Positions 13,118 through 25,216 of a stretch of DNA of 63,621 bases are shown in pieces (the first letter of the stretch is position 1; every line of letters begins with the position of its first letter). The DNA is taken from the NCBI RefSeq assembly GCF_004010195.1, contig NC_057720.1:4630656-4694276 (forward strand). The letters run 5' to 3'. The notes beneath the pieces are model-generated. The model saw only the letters and a program-made list of their open reading frames with translations. It made no database searches and was not told the DNA's origin. Source of the DNA: Chiloscyllium plagiosum (lineage: Eukaryota). The translations under genes and the position numbers were made by a program.

Positions 13118-13326
13118 CAACTATATCGCAGCAGAACCTGATAAATCGAAGGAAGCGAGCAAAGTGGATCAAAAAAAAAGTGCTGCTTGCAAGAAAGCAT
13201 TTTATGGATGGCATCAATTTGGAAATGTGGGATGTCCTTAAACCTGGATCTGAAAATTATCACGCATTGCCCCACTTGGTTCAGGAAACTGCACACATCT
13301 TCCATCGGGAAATACCAGGATCTCAG
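13118..13326 (+). CDS. CTBS-like: CTBS-like exon 3 (GH18 catalytic-strand exon, motif altered)
   Basis: Acceptor ttcaccag|, (A)TISQQNLINRRKRAKWIKKKVLLARKHFMDGINLEMWDVLKPGSENYHALPHLVQETAHIFHREIPGSQ, donor CAG|GTAAAA, 209 nt. Phases are compatible with exons 2 and 4. Confidence 0.95.
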
Positions 13327-13480
13327 GTAAAAGAGCCATTACTTTGACATGGTTTCTATTTAATTAGCATGAACCGTGACACTTTTTTCTGGATAAGTAA
13401 GATTATATCTGGCTGCTGTTTATTAATGCATTGTCACAGTACAAGGCTGCTTAGATAGTTCAGTTTGAAATAGCTTAATA

Positions 13481-13760
13481 TGGTGGCTCAGTGGTTAGCA
13501 TTGCTGCCTCACAGCACCAAGGTCCCAGGTTCAACTCTAGCCTCGGGTGACTGTGTGGGGTTTGCACCTTCTCTCTATGTGGGTATCCTCCTACAGTCCA
13601 AAGATGTGCTGATCAGGTGAATTGGCTGTGCTAAAATTGCCTGTAGTGTTAGGTGCATTAGTCAGAGGGAAGTAGGACCAGATGGGTTACTCTTCAGAGG
13701 GTCAGTGTGGACTTGTTGGGCCAAAGCGCCTGTTTCCACACTGTAGGGAATCTAATCTTA
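13481..13760 (+). mobile_element. HE1-like (elasmobranch V-SINE) copy; others at about 18431-18741 (+), 19225-19520 (-), 22945-23180 (-), 24116-24450 (+), 47988-48526 (+) and 51725-52015 (-)
   Basis: Head GGTGGCTCAGTGGTTAGCACTGCTGCCTCACAG, core GGAGTTTGCACATTCTCCCCGTGTCTGCGTGGGTTTCC, CR1-like tail ending in TCTAA. Confidence 0.8.
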
Positions 13761-16027
13761 AACTGAATTTTCAGCAGATTAGCCCTTACAGTTCAGAATT
13801 ATATAAATAAATTTCAGCTCAGCTTCCTGGGACGGAATGCGTGAAACCATAACTTTTACACAAGAATTATACAACACAGGAGGAGCCCATTTGGCCCACT
13901 GTGCTTGTGACTGTTCTTTGAGAGTTATTTATTCTGTATTCACAGTTACAATTAGAGCTACCACCAACAGAACAGAGAGATTTGAGAAGTCCTGTGCATA
14001 AATCACAAGAGGTTAGCATCCAAATTCAGCAGTTATTAGAGAAGGAACTGGAATGCTGATCTTTATTTAAAAGGTTATTGAGTATAAAAGTAGGTAGTAG
14101 ACAGTGAGGTCTGCCAATGCTGGAGATCAGAGTTGAGAGTGTGCTGTTGGAAAAGCACAGCAGGTCAGACAGCATCTGAAGGAGCAGGAAAATCAACATT
14201 TCAGGCTGGAGCACTTCAAGTAGGTAATCTTTGCTAAAATTATACAAAGCAGTAGTTAGACCATCTGTTCTGAGGAAGGGTCACTCAATCTGAAATGTTA
14301 ACTCAGATTCTCTCCACTGATGCTGCCAGACCTCTGAGTTTTTCCAGCAATTTCTACTTGTATCTCTGTCGTTAGTTAGATTACAGGAATATTGTGGACA
14401 ATTTTGGTTCCCATAAGTAACGAAAAATGTACTGACACTGGAAGCAGTCTAGAGACGGTTCACAAGGCTGATGTCAGGTATGGAGGGACAGTCTTAAGAA
14501 GAGAGTTTGAATAAGTTGGCATGTACTGATTGGAGTTTAGAAGAATAAGAAGTGACTTTATTAAAACATACAAGATTCTTAGGGGACTCGACTGGGTATT
14601 TCTGCTTGTGAGAGATTCTAGGACCAGGGAGCATCATCTCAGAATAAGTTGTTGTTTATTTTAGACCGAGATGAGGAGGAATTTTTTTTTCCTCTCAGAG
14701 TGAATCTTTGCTGCAGAGGGCTGTTGAAGCTGGATCATTATATATATATTCACGGCTGAGATGGACAGAGTTTTAATTAGTAAGGGAATTAAGAGTTGTG
14801 AGGAAAGTGGAGATGCCAAAAAATGTTCAATATGCAAAATGTTTTGATAACATCAATGAGTAGAAAGTGTAACCAGTAGTATGTGGGCTAGTAACCAGTG
14901 AAAACAGCCCTTAGGTAATTGCCAAATGTGCTAGAGATTAGAAGAGGAGATTTGTTTAGAATATAGTGAATTATGATGATCAAGAATGTTCAGCCTGAAA
15001 GGATGTTGCCATAAAACATAGGAGCACAATCAAGCCATTCAGCCCATCAAGTGTGCTCTGCCACTCAGTGAGCTCATGGCTGATCTTATAATCCTCAACT
15101 TTCCTGCCTTTTCACCATAACCTTAGTTGCCTTACTGGTTACCAGCAACTGCAGTCCTTGTTTTTACCTAATAGTTATGACTGGTAGAGTAGCAGCCAAT
15201 TTCGCTGCTTTATACTGAGTAGTTTTGAGGAACTGAACTCAATCAGGCATGAAGAAATTATCCATCACACCCCTGATCTGTGCCTCATAGGTGGTGGGAC
15301 AGACTTTATAGAGCCAGGAGATAAATGCCACAGATTTCACAGCCTCTGACATGCTTTTGTAGCCACTATATTTTTTATTATTCATTCATAGGATATGGGT
15401 GTCGCTGGCTGGGCCAGAATTTAATGTCCATCCCTAATTCTCCTTCAGAAAGTGGTGCTTTCTGAACTGCTGCAGTTCATGTGATGTAGGAATACCCACA
15501 GTGGCATTAGGGAGGGAATTCCAGGGTTTTGACCCAGTGACAGTGAAGGAACAGCGATATATTTCCAAGTCAGGATGGTGAGTAGCTTGGAGGGGAATTT
15601 GCAGAGAGTGGTGTTCTTGCTGCCCTTGTCCCCCTCAATGGAAGTGATCATGGCTTGGAAAGTGTTATGTAAAGATCTTTGCTGAATTTTTGCAGTGCAT
15701 CTTGTGGATAGTATACTGTGCTGTTACTGAGTGTTGGTGGTGAAGGGAGTGGAATTTTGTGGATGTGGTGCCAATCAAGCGGGTTGCTTTGTCCTGGATG
15801 GTGTTGAGCTTCTTGAGTGTTGTTGGAGCTGCACCCATCCAGGCAAGTGGGGAGCATTCCAACACACTCCTGACTTGTGCCTGGTAGATGGTGGGCAGGC
15901 TCTGCCATAGATATTCCTAGCCTCTGACCTGCTGTTGGAGTCCTGCAGTGAGTAACTCAGATGTATATGCTTGATTTCATCTCATTCCCTTAGAAGAAAT
16001 TAATTTCTTGTTATTTTTCTACTTTAG

Positions 16028-16199
16028 GTCACATTTAACGTACCTTGGTCTCCGCATTGTAAAATTGGTCGATGTTTTGATTACACAGCAATTGCAAATG
16101 CCTGTGACTTCTTATTTGTGATGTCATTTGACATAGAACGTAGAACGCTAGGTGATTGTCTTGCAAAGCCAAATGCGCCCTATAACAAGACATTAGCAG
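16028..16199 (+). CDS. CTBS-like: CTBS-like exon 4
   Basis: Acceptor actttag|, VTFNVPWSPHCKIGRCFDYTAIANACDFLFVMSFDIERRTLGDCLAKPNAPYNKTLA, donor CAG|GTATGT, 172 nt. Confidence 0.95.
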
Positions 16200-16285
16200 G
16201 TATGTACTAAATCACTTTCTGGTTCAGGGTTTACCCATCCTGCATCAATGTTGATCTAAAACTGTCATTAATTTTTCCCCTTTAG

Positions 16286-16383
16286 GTCTCTCAGCTTATA
16301 TCAATCTAGGTATTGATTCCAAGAAACTCCTAATGGGAGTTCCCTGGTATGGTTATGACTATACTTGCCAGCGCTTCCTTGAG
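16286..16383 (+). CDS. CTBS-like: CTBS-like exon 5
   Basis: Acceptor ttttcccctttag|, (G)LSAYINLGIDSKKLLMGVPWYGYDYTCQRFLE, donor GAG|GTAAGG, 98 nt. Contains the GH18 KLxMGVPWYG motif. Follows an 86-nt intron. Confidence 0.95.
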
Positions 16384-16535
16384 GTAAGGCTAAAATGATT
16401 AGTTTACCTTGCACAAGAAATCAGTTTGAAATTTGATTATGTCTAATATATCCCTCTGATGTTCATTCAGGGTGTCTACTTGTATTTTGGAATAGTCTAT
16501 TTTTTTTCCGTTAAAAATCATACAACACCAGGTTT

Positions 16536-17400
16536 TAGAGTCATAGAGATGTACAGCACAGAAACAGACCCTTCAGTCCAACTCATCCATGCTGACCAGA
16601 TATACCAACCCAATCTAGTCCCACCTGCCAGCACCTGGCCCATATCACTCCAAACCCTTCCTATTCATATACCCATTCAGATGCCTTTTAACTGTTGCAA
16701 TTGTACCAGCCTCCACCACTTCCAGTGGTAGCTCATTCCATACACGTACCACCCTCTGCGTGAAAAAGTTGCCCCTTACGTCTCTTTTATATCTTCCCCC
16801 TCTCAGCCTAAACCTATGCCCTCTAGTTCTGGACTCCCCCACCCCAGGGAAAAGACTTTGTCTATTTATCCTATCCATGCTCCTCATGATTTTATAAACC
16901 TCTACAAGGTCACCCTCAGCCTCCGACACTCCAGGGAAAACAGCCCCAGCCTATTCAGCCTTTCCCAATAGCTCAAATCCTCTAACCCTGGGAACATCCT
17001 TGTAAATCTTTTCTGAATCCTTTCAAGTTTCACAATATCTTTCCGATAGGAAGGAGACCAGAATTGCACGAAATACTCCAACAGTGGCCTAACCAATGTC
17101 CTGAATAGCTGCAACATGACCTCCCAACTCCTGTACTCAATACCTTGACCAATAAAGGAAAGCATACCAAATGCCTTCTTCACTAACCTATCTACCTGTG
17201 ACTTCACTTTCAAGGAGCTATGAACCTGCACTCCAAGGTCTCTTTGTTCAGCAACACTGCCTAGGACCTTACCATTAAGTGTATAAGTCCTGCTAAGATT
17301 TGCTTTCCCAAAATGCAGTACCTCGCATTTATCTGAATTAAACTCCATCTGCCACTTCTCAGCCCAATGGCCCATCTGGTCAAGATCCCATTGTTAGCTG
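16536..17400 (-). mobile_element. CR1 LINE 3' fragment in intron 5, nested in a PLE-type short repeat (16510-16535 / 17400-17830)
   Basis: ORFs 16902-17375 and 16645-16929 encode the CR1 ORF2 C-terminus. The host repeat CACCAGGTT|AGTCCAACAGGTTTATTTGG is split by it (intact at 25140-25180). Confidence 0.88.
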
Positions 17401-19853
17401 AGTCCAACAGGTTTATTTGGAAACATTAGCATTCGAAGCGCTGCTTCTTCATCGGGTGGTTGTGAAGCAGGACTGGAAGACACAGAGTTTATAGCAAAAT
17501 GTTACAGTATCAAGCAATTGCAATATAGTAAACAAACTTAGATTAACTATTTCATCTTTTAGAATAATTTTGCCAGTTTCGGTTCATTAGTATGTAAATT
17601 CCAGAACTCCTTTTAAGTCACATTTTCAAGATAACTTCAGATTTTCTAACAAAATGTGTCACCTCGGTTCAGATAATGCATTAAAGGTGTGAGGTTAAAG
17701 TCTATCTCTGTCCCAATTTTGAGTCAAACTGGTTCTATTTCGAAAGTGGGATTTACAGAATCTTACATGGATTGACTGTAGGTTATGCATTTTTTGAGCA
17801 ACATAAAATATAATACTGCAAATACAGATTTTACGTTGGCTAACTTGCTTTCATGAAAACATAGAAAAAAGGAAGTGTAGGCCATTGGCCCCTCGAGCCT
17901 TCTCTGTTATTCATAAAATCTTGGCTGACATTTCAATTCAATACCCTGTTCCAGGTTTCTCCCCATATCCTTTGATCCCTCTAATCCTAAGAACTGTGAC
18001 TTCTTCTTGAAAATCTTTTAATGTTTTCAAAATTTTGCTTCCTTCTCCATTAATTTCTTTGATATTTACACTCATTTTTCAGTTGTATCCATTTGACTTA
18101 GATATTGAATGAATGAATGATTTTGTTGTCATGTGTATTTTCCAGTGAGAAAAACAGTAGTGAAAAGCTTTTCCACTGTTGCCATGATCTGGCACCATTT
18201 TGAATATTTTTTAAGAATAAGAAAAAAAAGATGTAACTTAAAAATTGATTACTGACTCCAGAAAACTCAGAATAGGAGTTCCATGTTATGGTTATGTCCA
18301 GCCTTGTCAGTGCTTCCTTGAGGCAAATAAAACAGTGAAGCTAATTTATCTGTAACTGTTCAGCCAGGACATTTATATGTTAAAACAACCCAATAGTTTT
18401 CATTTGTAAGCTTGTCTGGGGACGACTTGAGGGCGGCATGGTGGCTCAGTAGTTAGCAATGCAACCTCACAGTGCCAGGGACCCAGGTTTGATTCCTGCC
18501 TTGGGTGACTGAGTGGAGTTTGCACATTCTCCCTGTGTCTGCATAGGTTTCCTCTGGGTGCTCCGGTTTCCTCCCACAATCCAAAGATGTGCAGGTTAGG
18601 TGAATTGGCCATGCTAAATTGCCCATAGTGTCAGGTGCATTAGTCAGAGGGAAATTGGTCAGGGTGGGTTACTCTCCGGAGGATTGGTGGGGACTTGTTG
18701 GGCTGAATGGCCTGTTTCCACACTGTAGATAACCTAATCTACTTCAGTAATGTTGTTCTGTTTATTTTGAGGGAGTTGGTGACCACCAAAGAGTCTAGAA
18801 GAACTAAGCAAGTAGTACAGAAGAGACCTTTGATTATGAAAATATGGGCTGCTCATGGGAGTACAATAGAGGTTTCATAGGGAGGTCAGGGAAGATTTGG
18901 AAGATGTAGAGTGATAAGAAATTTGAGAGGGGAACAGATATTGTTCACTGGTTCACTAATGTGCTTTATGAAAGGAAAGGGAAAGAAATTGGATGCGAGC
19001 CATGATCTTATCATATGGTGGGGTAGGTTTGAGTTGCTGAATGACCTACTCCTGTTCCTGTTTCTTCAGATTTATGGTTTTAATTCTGCCATCCTCACCT
19101 ACAATGTCCTATATGTGCTCCAGGCCCCCAAAATGACCCCTACGAGCCAGTTGGGTTCAAAGGCAATGAGGAATGGCCAACAAACGCTGACCTTGCTGGT
19201 GATGCCCAAATCGAACCACAGATTCACAGAATCCCGACAGTGTAGAAGAAGGCCACACTGACTCTTTGAAGAGCATCCCATCCAGACCCACCCCCATCAT
19301 GTAACCCCACATTTGCCATGACTAACCCACTTAGTCTGTACATCCTTGGACACTACAGACAATTTAGCATGGCCATTCCACCTAACCTGCACATCTTTGG
19401 ACTGTGGGAAGAAACAGAGCACCCAGAGGAAACCCACACAGACATGGGGAGAATGTGCAAACTCCAAACCCGGATCCCTGGCACTGTGAGGCAGCAGTGC
19501 TAACCACTGAGTTACCATGCCATGAACAAATCCTGTGAACAAATAAAGAAGAAAAAAGCATTTCTGCATGTACAGGTAAGAATCCAATGATGTGTTGCCT
19601 CCCTGCCTCCTGGGTAAAGGAGGTCACGCAGTGGCTGCCTGAGGGGAGAGGATGGCAGCTAACGGTTAAGGCCAATGACAAGTTGCCTTCATGGAAAGAA
19701 GCACATGGTTTTGCAATCCAGGGAGTTCAGAGAGACAGCTAGCACACAGAACCACAGCAGTAGTCAACTTTGGATGAAGGGGAGGCAATGGCCGAGTGGT
19801 GTTATCACTAGACTATCAATCAGAAACTCCAGGGGACCTGGCTGATGTGTTTC

Positions 19854-20590
19854 TCAATCCCATCCTCCTGCCTTCTCCCTGTAAGCCTTGATCCCCTTAC
19901 TCATCAAAAACCTATCGATCACTGTCTTAAATACTCTCAATGATTTGGCCCCCACAGCCCTCTGCGGCAATGAGTTCCACAGGTTCACTACCCTCTGGCT
20001 GAAGAAATTCCTCCTCCTCATCTCAATGCTAACGGGTTGTCCCTTTACTTTGAGGCTGTAATCTCGGGTCCTCATCTCCCCTTTGAGTGGAAACACCTTC
20101 TTGATGTCCACTCTATCCAGGCCTCTCAGTATTCTGTAAGTTTCAGTCAGATCCCCTCTCATCCTTCTGAACTCTATCAAGTACAGACTTCTCAACCGTT
20201 CCTCCTATGACAAGCCCTTCTTCCCCAGATTATTCTTGTAAACCTCCTCTGGATCCCCTGCATAGCCAGAACATCCTTCCTGGCACACAGCATGCACAAA
20301 TATTCCAAACCACAATATTCCAAATGCAATGTAACCAGAGTCTGAGATAGCCTCAGCAGTACACCTCCGCTTTTGTATTCTAACCCTCTCGAGATTAATG
20401 CTAACATTGCAATTGCCTTCCGAACTGCCAACTGAATCTGCAGGGTAACCTTAAGAGAATCCTGAACTAGTACTCCGAAGTCCCTTTGTGCTTCAGATTT
20501 CTGAGGCCTTTCCCCATTTAGAAAATAGTTTTTGCCTCTCTTCTTCACTTGCATTTCATCTGCTACTTCTTTGTCCATTCTCCTGGCCTA
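19854..20590 (-). mobile_element. CR1 LINE 3' fragment
   Basis: RRMRGDLTETY and NFFSQRVVNLWNSLP motifs. Confidence 0.85.
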
Positions 20591-20734
20591 ATTGAGTTCT
20601 TCATTAGAAATTATATGCCTTTTAATATCTTAAATTGTCTGGCATTTTTAAAAATAATCTCACTGTTTCTGCATTTTTGAAGGAACCACAGGAACTCTAT
20701 TCACAAGTGTTGTTGCTCTTTTTGTACTTTTCAG

Positions 20735-20896
20735 GCTGGTAGATGTGATTTGACAGTGTTCCATTTCAGTAAATCCAGTTGCAGCTTTCGAGCCAGCCGT
20801 TGGATACCGTACAAGGAGATCATGAGACACCTGCCGAAATCACTTAGTGGCAGATACTGGGATGATGACCATAAAGCCCCCTACTATATCTACATG
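20735..20896 (+). CDS. CTBS-like: CTBS-like exon 6
   Basis: Acceptor tacttttcag|, AGRCDLTVFHFSKSSCSFRASRWIPYKEIMRHLPKSLSGRYWDDDHKAPYYIYM, donor ATG|GTAAGA, 162 nt. Confidence 0.93.
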
Positions 20897-21496
20897 GTAA
20901 GACTATCCATCAAAGCAATGTGGAGGCTGTGTATTTCAATTTGACTTGTAGAATGTGAACATTGCAGTGTTTCATTTCCTTTATATACTCATGTACGTGG
21001 ACAATGGCTGGCTGGAACAATATTTATTGTCCCTAATTGTCCCCGAAGAAGGTGGTGTCTTTCTGAATTGCTGCAATCCAGGGAATGGAAGGAGACCTAG
21101 AGAGCTGTTAGTGACAGAGTTCCAAAATATTGAGCCAGGCACAGCGAAGTAACAGAGATATTGAGTGGCTGAGGAAAGATTGTTGTTATTGGTAACATAT
21201 AGTCATAGAGGTCGACAGCACAGAAAAAAGCCCTTCAGCCCATCATATCTGTGCCTGTCAAAACAACCACCTGACTATTCTAATCCCTTTTACATCACTT
21301 GGCCTATAGCCTTGCATAGCTTGGCTTCCTAGACTTTAGGGTCTAGAAATCCCTTTTTTAATCCTATTTTCCTTTCCATCTTCAATGCATTATTTCATAC
21401 ATCAGTCTTTGATCAAGCAGTTAGTCATTATCCTAACATTTCCTTAAGGTGTCTCGATGTCAGGTTTTTATGGATAGTGTTCTAAGAAATACTACA

Positions 21497-21722
21497 GGAG
21501 AAAGTGAGGTCTGCAGATGCTGGAGATCAGAGCTGAAAATGTGTTGCTGGTAAAGCACAGCAGGTCAGGCAGCATCCAAGGAACAGGAGAATCGACGTTT
21601 CGGGCATAAGAGAATCGACGTTTCGGGCATTCCTGATGAAGGGCTTATGCCCGAAAGTCAATTCTCCTGTTCCTTGGATGCTGCCTGACCTGCTGTGCTT
21701 TACCAGCAACACATTTTCAGCT
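21497..21722. mobile_element. Palindromic PLE-derived short element in intron 6 with target-site duplication
   Basis: Perfect 62-bp inverted arms at 21531-21592 / 21661-21722. Direct repeat CTAAGAAATACTACA at 21482-21496 and 21721-21735. Confidence 0.85.
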
Positions 21723-22669
21723 AAGAAATACTACACTATATTACTAATAAAGGCACTATATGAATGCAGATTGTTTTGTTCTTAAATCAAGACCAAAGAA
21801 TGTCGTTGTATTGAGCTGGATTTTCATACTTGAGCTAAGAATGCTGGGCACCATGAATCCTTGAAAAGGTGATCAGACTCTCTCCTCAAAAACCTAGGGG
21901 TGAGGGGGACACAAGAGTATACCTGAGAGTGAGGGGTTGGCACAGCGGGGAGAGGAGAGCACTGGGGGACCAGGATGGCACGCTATAGGCTTATGATCCG
22001 CATTGACATTCACCCCTTATCCCAGTGCCAGGAATCTTGAATCATGTGGGCCTAACTCTGTTGGACACATCTGTTTAAGACAATTGAAAATGTGTCGCTC
22101 AGTAACCATCATTGTTATCTAATTAGTTGAAATTTGTCAAACTTGTAGCTAATTCAGTTAGATGAAAATTATTTTACCAGCATTAGCCACTTATTCAGTT
22201 ATTTGTACTCTACCCCAATCTTCAGCCAAATACTTTCATTACTTTTGCCAATTTTAGTAATTTGAAGAATTAAAGGAGTTGACATTTATTCTCATTCAAA
22301 ATCCTGTGATCTCAATGAAGAATTAGTGACTATCATTTTTGAGTATTACTTTCTGATTTTATTTCTAAAAATGTAAATGTGCAAAAAGCACATTGCAGAG
22401 TATACAGTACTAGGTATTTTTAATTAAGCGGTTCAGAAATGTTATGACACACCTCAGTAGCAAACCTTGTCTTCTGGCTTAGAGGCAGGGACACTACTGT
22501 TGGACTGTAAGATGCTTCACCACAGTATAAGTAAGAGTGCAGTGGTTTTCATAAGCTGTTACAAAGGAGGGTGTTTTATGCACTCATGGGATGTGAGTGT
22601 CACTGGCTAGGCCAGTATTTGTTGCCTAAACCTCCCCTGTGTAACTCTCGTTGGCTTTGTTTTTTGCAG

Positions 22670-22855
22670 GTTAATAATACACACCACGAGGTTTGGTATG
22701 ACGATCCAGATAGCATTTCATTGAAATCATCTATCGTGAAGAAATTAAAACTTCGTGGCATTGGTGTATGGATTGGAAATTTCCTAAACTACGGTGCAAA
22801 CCCCACAACAGCAGCACAGACAAAAGAGATGTGGGATGCCCTAATTTCCGAATGA
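22670..22855 (+). CDS. CTBS-like: CTBS-like terminal exon 7 (copy a)
   Basis: Acceptor tttttgcag|, VNNTHHEVWYDDPDSISLKSSIVKKLKLRGIGVWIGNFLNYGANPTTAAQTKEMWDALISE*. The spliced CDS totals 1116 nt = 371 aa + stop, with no internal stop. Confidence 0.95.
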   Translation, partial: VNNTHHEVWYDDPDSISLKSSIVKKLKLRGIGVWIGNFLNYGANPTTAAQTKEMWDALISE

Positions 22856-22893
22856 GTGAAGTGTCAAACTGAAATCATCTACGATCCACATAA

Positions 22894-22899
22894 AATAAA
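22894..22899 (+). promoter_or_regulatory. Candidate polyadenylation signal of the CTBS-like gene
   Basis: AATAAA 38 nt after the stop codon, followed by a T-rich tract. Confidence 0.5.
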
Positions 22900-25187
22900 T
22901 CTTTTATTTTACAAGTGAACACAGCTTTTTAAAAAAAGGCAAAATAGTCATAGAATGCCGACAGTGTGGAAGCAGGTAATTCAGCACATCGAGTCACACC
23001 AACCCTCTGAACAGCATCCCACCCAAACCTACCCACATACACTATCCCTGTAACCCTGCATTTCCCGTAGCTAATCCATTTAGCCTACACATTCCTGGAC
23101 ACTATGGGATATTTAGCATGGCCTATGCACTTAATCTGCACATCTTTGAATTATGAGTGGAAACCAGAGCACCTGGAGGATGATCCAGGAATAAGCATTA
23201 ACATTTCCACTTATCAATGGTATTGTTAGCCAATGGAAGCAAATTTAGGACTGCAGCTTTGGTTGCAAGATTAAATCACTTCAGTCAAAATCTGTAGAAA
23301 TTTTTATTGGAGCAGGTGATGGCCTAGCAGTATTACTGCTGGACCAGAGACCCAGGCTAATGATCCAAGGGAGCTAGGTTCAAATCCTACCACGGCAGAT
23401 GGTGGAATTTGAATTCAATTTAAAAAGAAATCTGGCACTATGACTCTAATGATGACCGTGAATCCATTGGGAGAAAAAACCCACCTGGTTCACTAATGTC
23501 CTTTAGGGCAGAAAACTGCTGTCCTTACCTGGTCTGGCCTACACATGATTCCAGACCCACAGCAATGTGGTTGACTCTTAACTGCCCTCTGGGCTATTAG
23601 GAATGGGTAATAAATGCTGCCTGGGCAGTGATGCCCTCATCTATGAATGGAGGAAAAACACCTTTTTATTGTAATTACTAACAGTGTAGGTTAAAACTTG
23701 AAGTCATGAGCTACTTCAAACTCAGTAAACAATTCACCCTTTTCATTGGTGTTCTATTCCAGTGCGGCCTACTTTATTCACAACTTAAATTTTGACTTTT
23801 CCATTTTATGATTTTACTTTGCGGACGGTCATCATTTTGAACATTGACAACATTGAACTTTTAGTTTCTTCACCAAGCAATGTAAATAACCTTCTTTCTT
23901 AATTATCAAACCCCAAATGCTGTAATTATTTGAATTTTAAATCTCTTGTGTGCCATACAGTTGTCTATTCCTAAAAGTCAACTTGGGGAGGTGGTGGTGT
24001 AGTGGTATTGTCACTGCGCTAGCAAACCTACAATCGGGAGGTTTCAAACCCACCGTGGCAGGTGGTGAAATTGGAATTCAGTAAAATGCCAGTCTAATAG
24101 TATCCATGTAACCATGCGGCTCAGTGGTTAGCACTGCTACCTCACAGCGCCAGGGACCTAGTTCAGTTCCAGCCTTGGGCCTCTGTGTGGAGGCCTCTGT
24201 GTGTTTGCACATTCTGTGTGGGTTTTCTCCAGGTGCTCCAGTTTCGTCCCACAGTATAAAGCTGTGCAGGTTAGGTGGATTGGCCATGTTCAATTGCCTA
24301 TAGTGTGCAGGGATGTGTAGGTTAGGTAGGTCAGCCAAGGGAAATGCAGAGTTATGGGGATAAGCTGGAGATCTGAGTGTGATTCTGTTTGGAACGTCAG
24401 TGCAGACCCAATGGGTTGAATGGCATGTTTCTGCATGCAAGGATTCTGTATAACTATTGTTATTAAAAGAAAAACACTAATTTATCTCGGAGAATGTCAA
24501 ATATTACCCTTGGTCTGACTTCAATGTGACTGCAGGCTCAAAGCAAGCTCTTAACTACCCTCTGGGCAATTAGGGGTAGGCAATAAATGCTGGCCTCATG
24601 AGTGATGTCACCACCTTGTGAGTAAATATATTTATATTTTTTAAATTACATAAACATGTCTCACAAATAAAATGCTATTTCCGAAGTAAGAGTTTAATTG
24701 TGTTTCTCAGAGGGAATTGTGTAAATGTAAAATATTCTGATCTTAAGATTTCTCATTGAATTAATCTTTGCACTATTAAAGTTACCATTGTCCTCCAAGA
24801 TCTTTGGGCTACTTTCTCAATAGAGGAAGAGAACTGATTATGGTATAAGCTGAGGGTCACCCGCACCTCAGGTGAGGGAGAGGTTGAGAAGGAGAGTCCT
24901 TCGTTGGTAACCTCAGGAGTTGAATCTATACTGTTGCCATTACTCCATGTTGCAAACCAACCAGCCAGTTAAATTCAGCTGATGTTAGCTCATCCGTGTA
25001 ATGGTCCTTAGTCAATCACTTACCCACACGTCATTGCCAACATGAAAAATTCACAGTTTGTCTTGGTCACATGTGTGTCTGTTGTAATGGTGATCATGAT
25101 GTTGGGAAGCCAGTGTTGGACTGGGATGGACAAAGTTAAAAATCACACAACACCAGGTTATAGCCCAACAGGTTTATTTGGAAGCTC

Positions 25188-25216
25188 TAGCTTTCAGAGC
25201 GCTGCTCCTTCATCAG
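25188..25216 (-). ncRNA. Minimal hammerhead core, second sequence family (palindrome AGCT)
   Basis: Minus strand CTGATGA-AGGAGC-AGC-GCTCT-GAAA-GC-TA. Degenerate relatives at about 17427-17455 (-) and 48139-48167 (+). Confidence 0.5.

Noticed and set aside
13171..13179. A9 homopolymer as a frameshift explaining the odd catalytic motif
   Set aside because: The frame is preserved and the alignment is gapless on both sides (MDGIN before, FHREIPGSQ after), so the motif change is not a frame artefact.
13481..13560. tRNA-like sequences (also at 18431, 24116, 47988, 11418)
   Set aside because: They are SINE heads with A/B boxes followed by SINE bodies; no complete cloverleaf.
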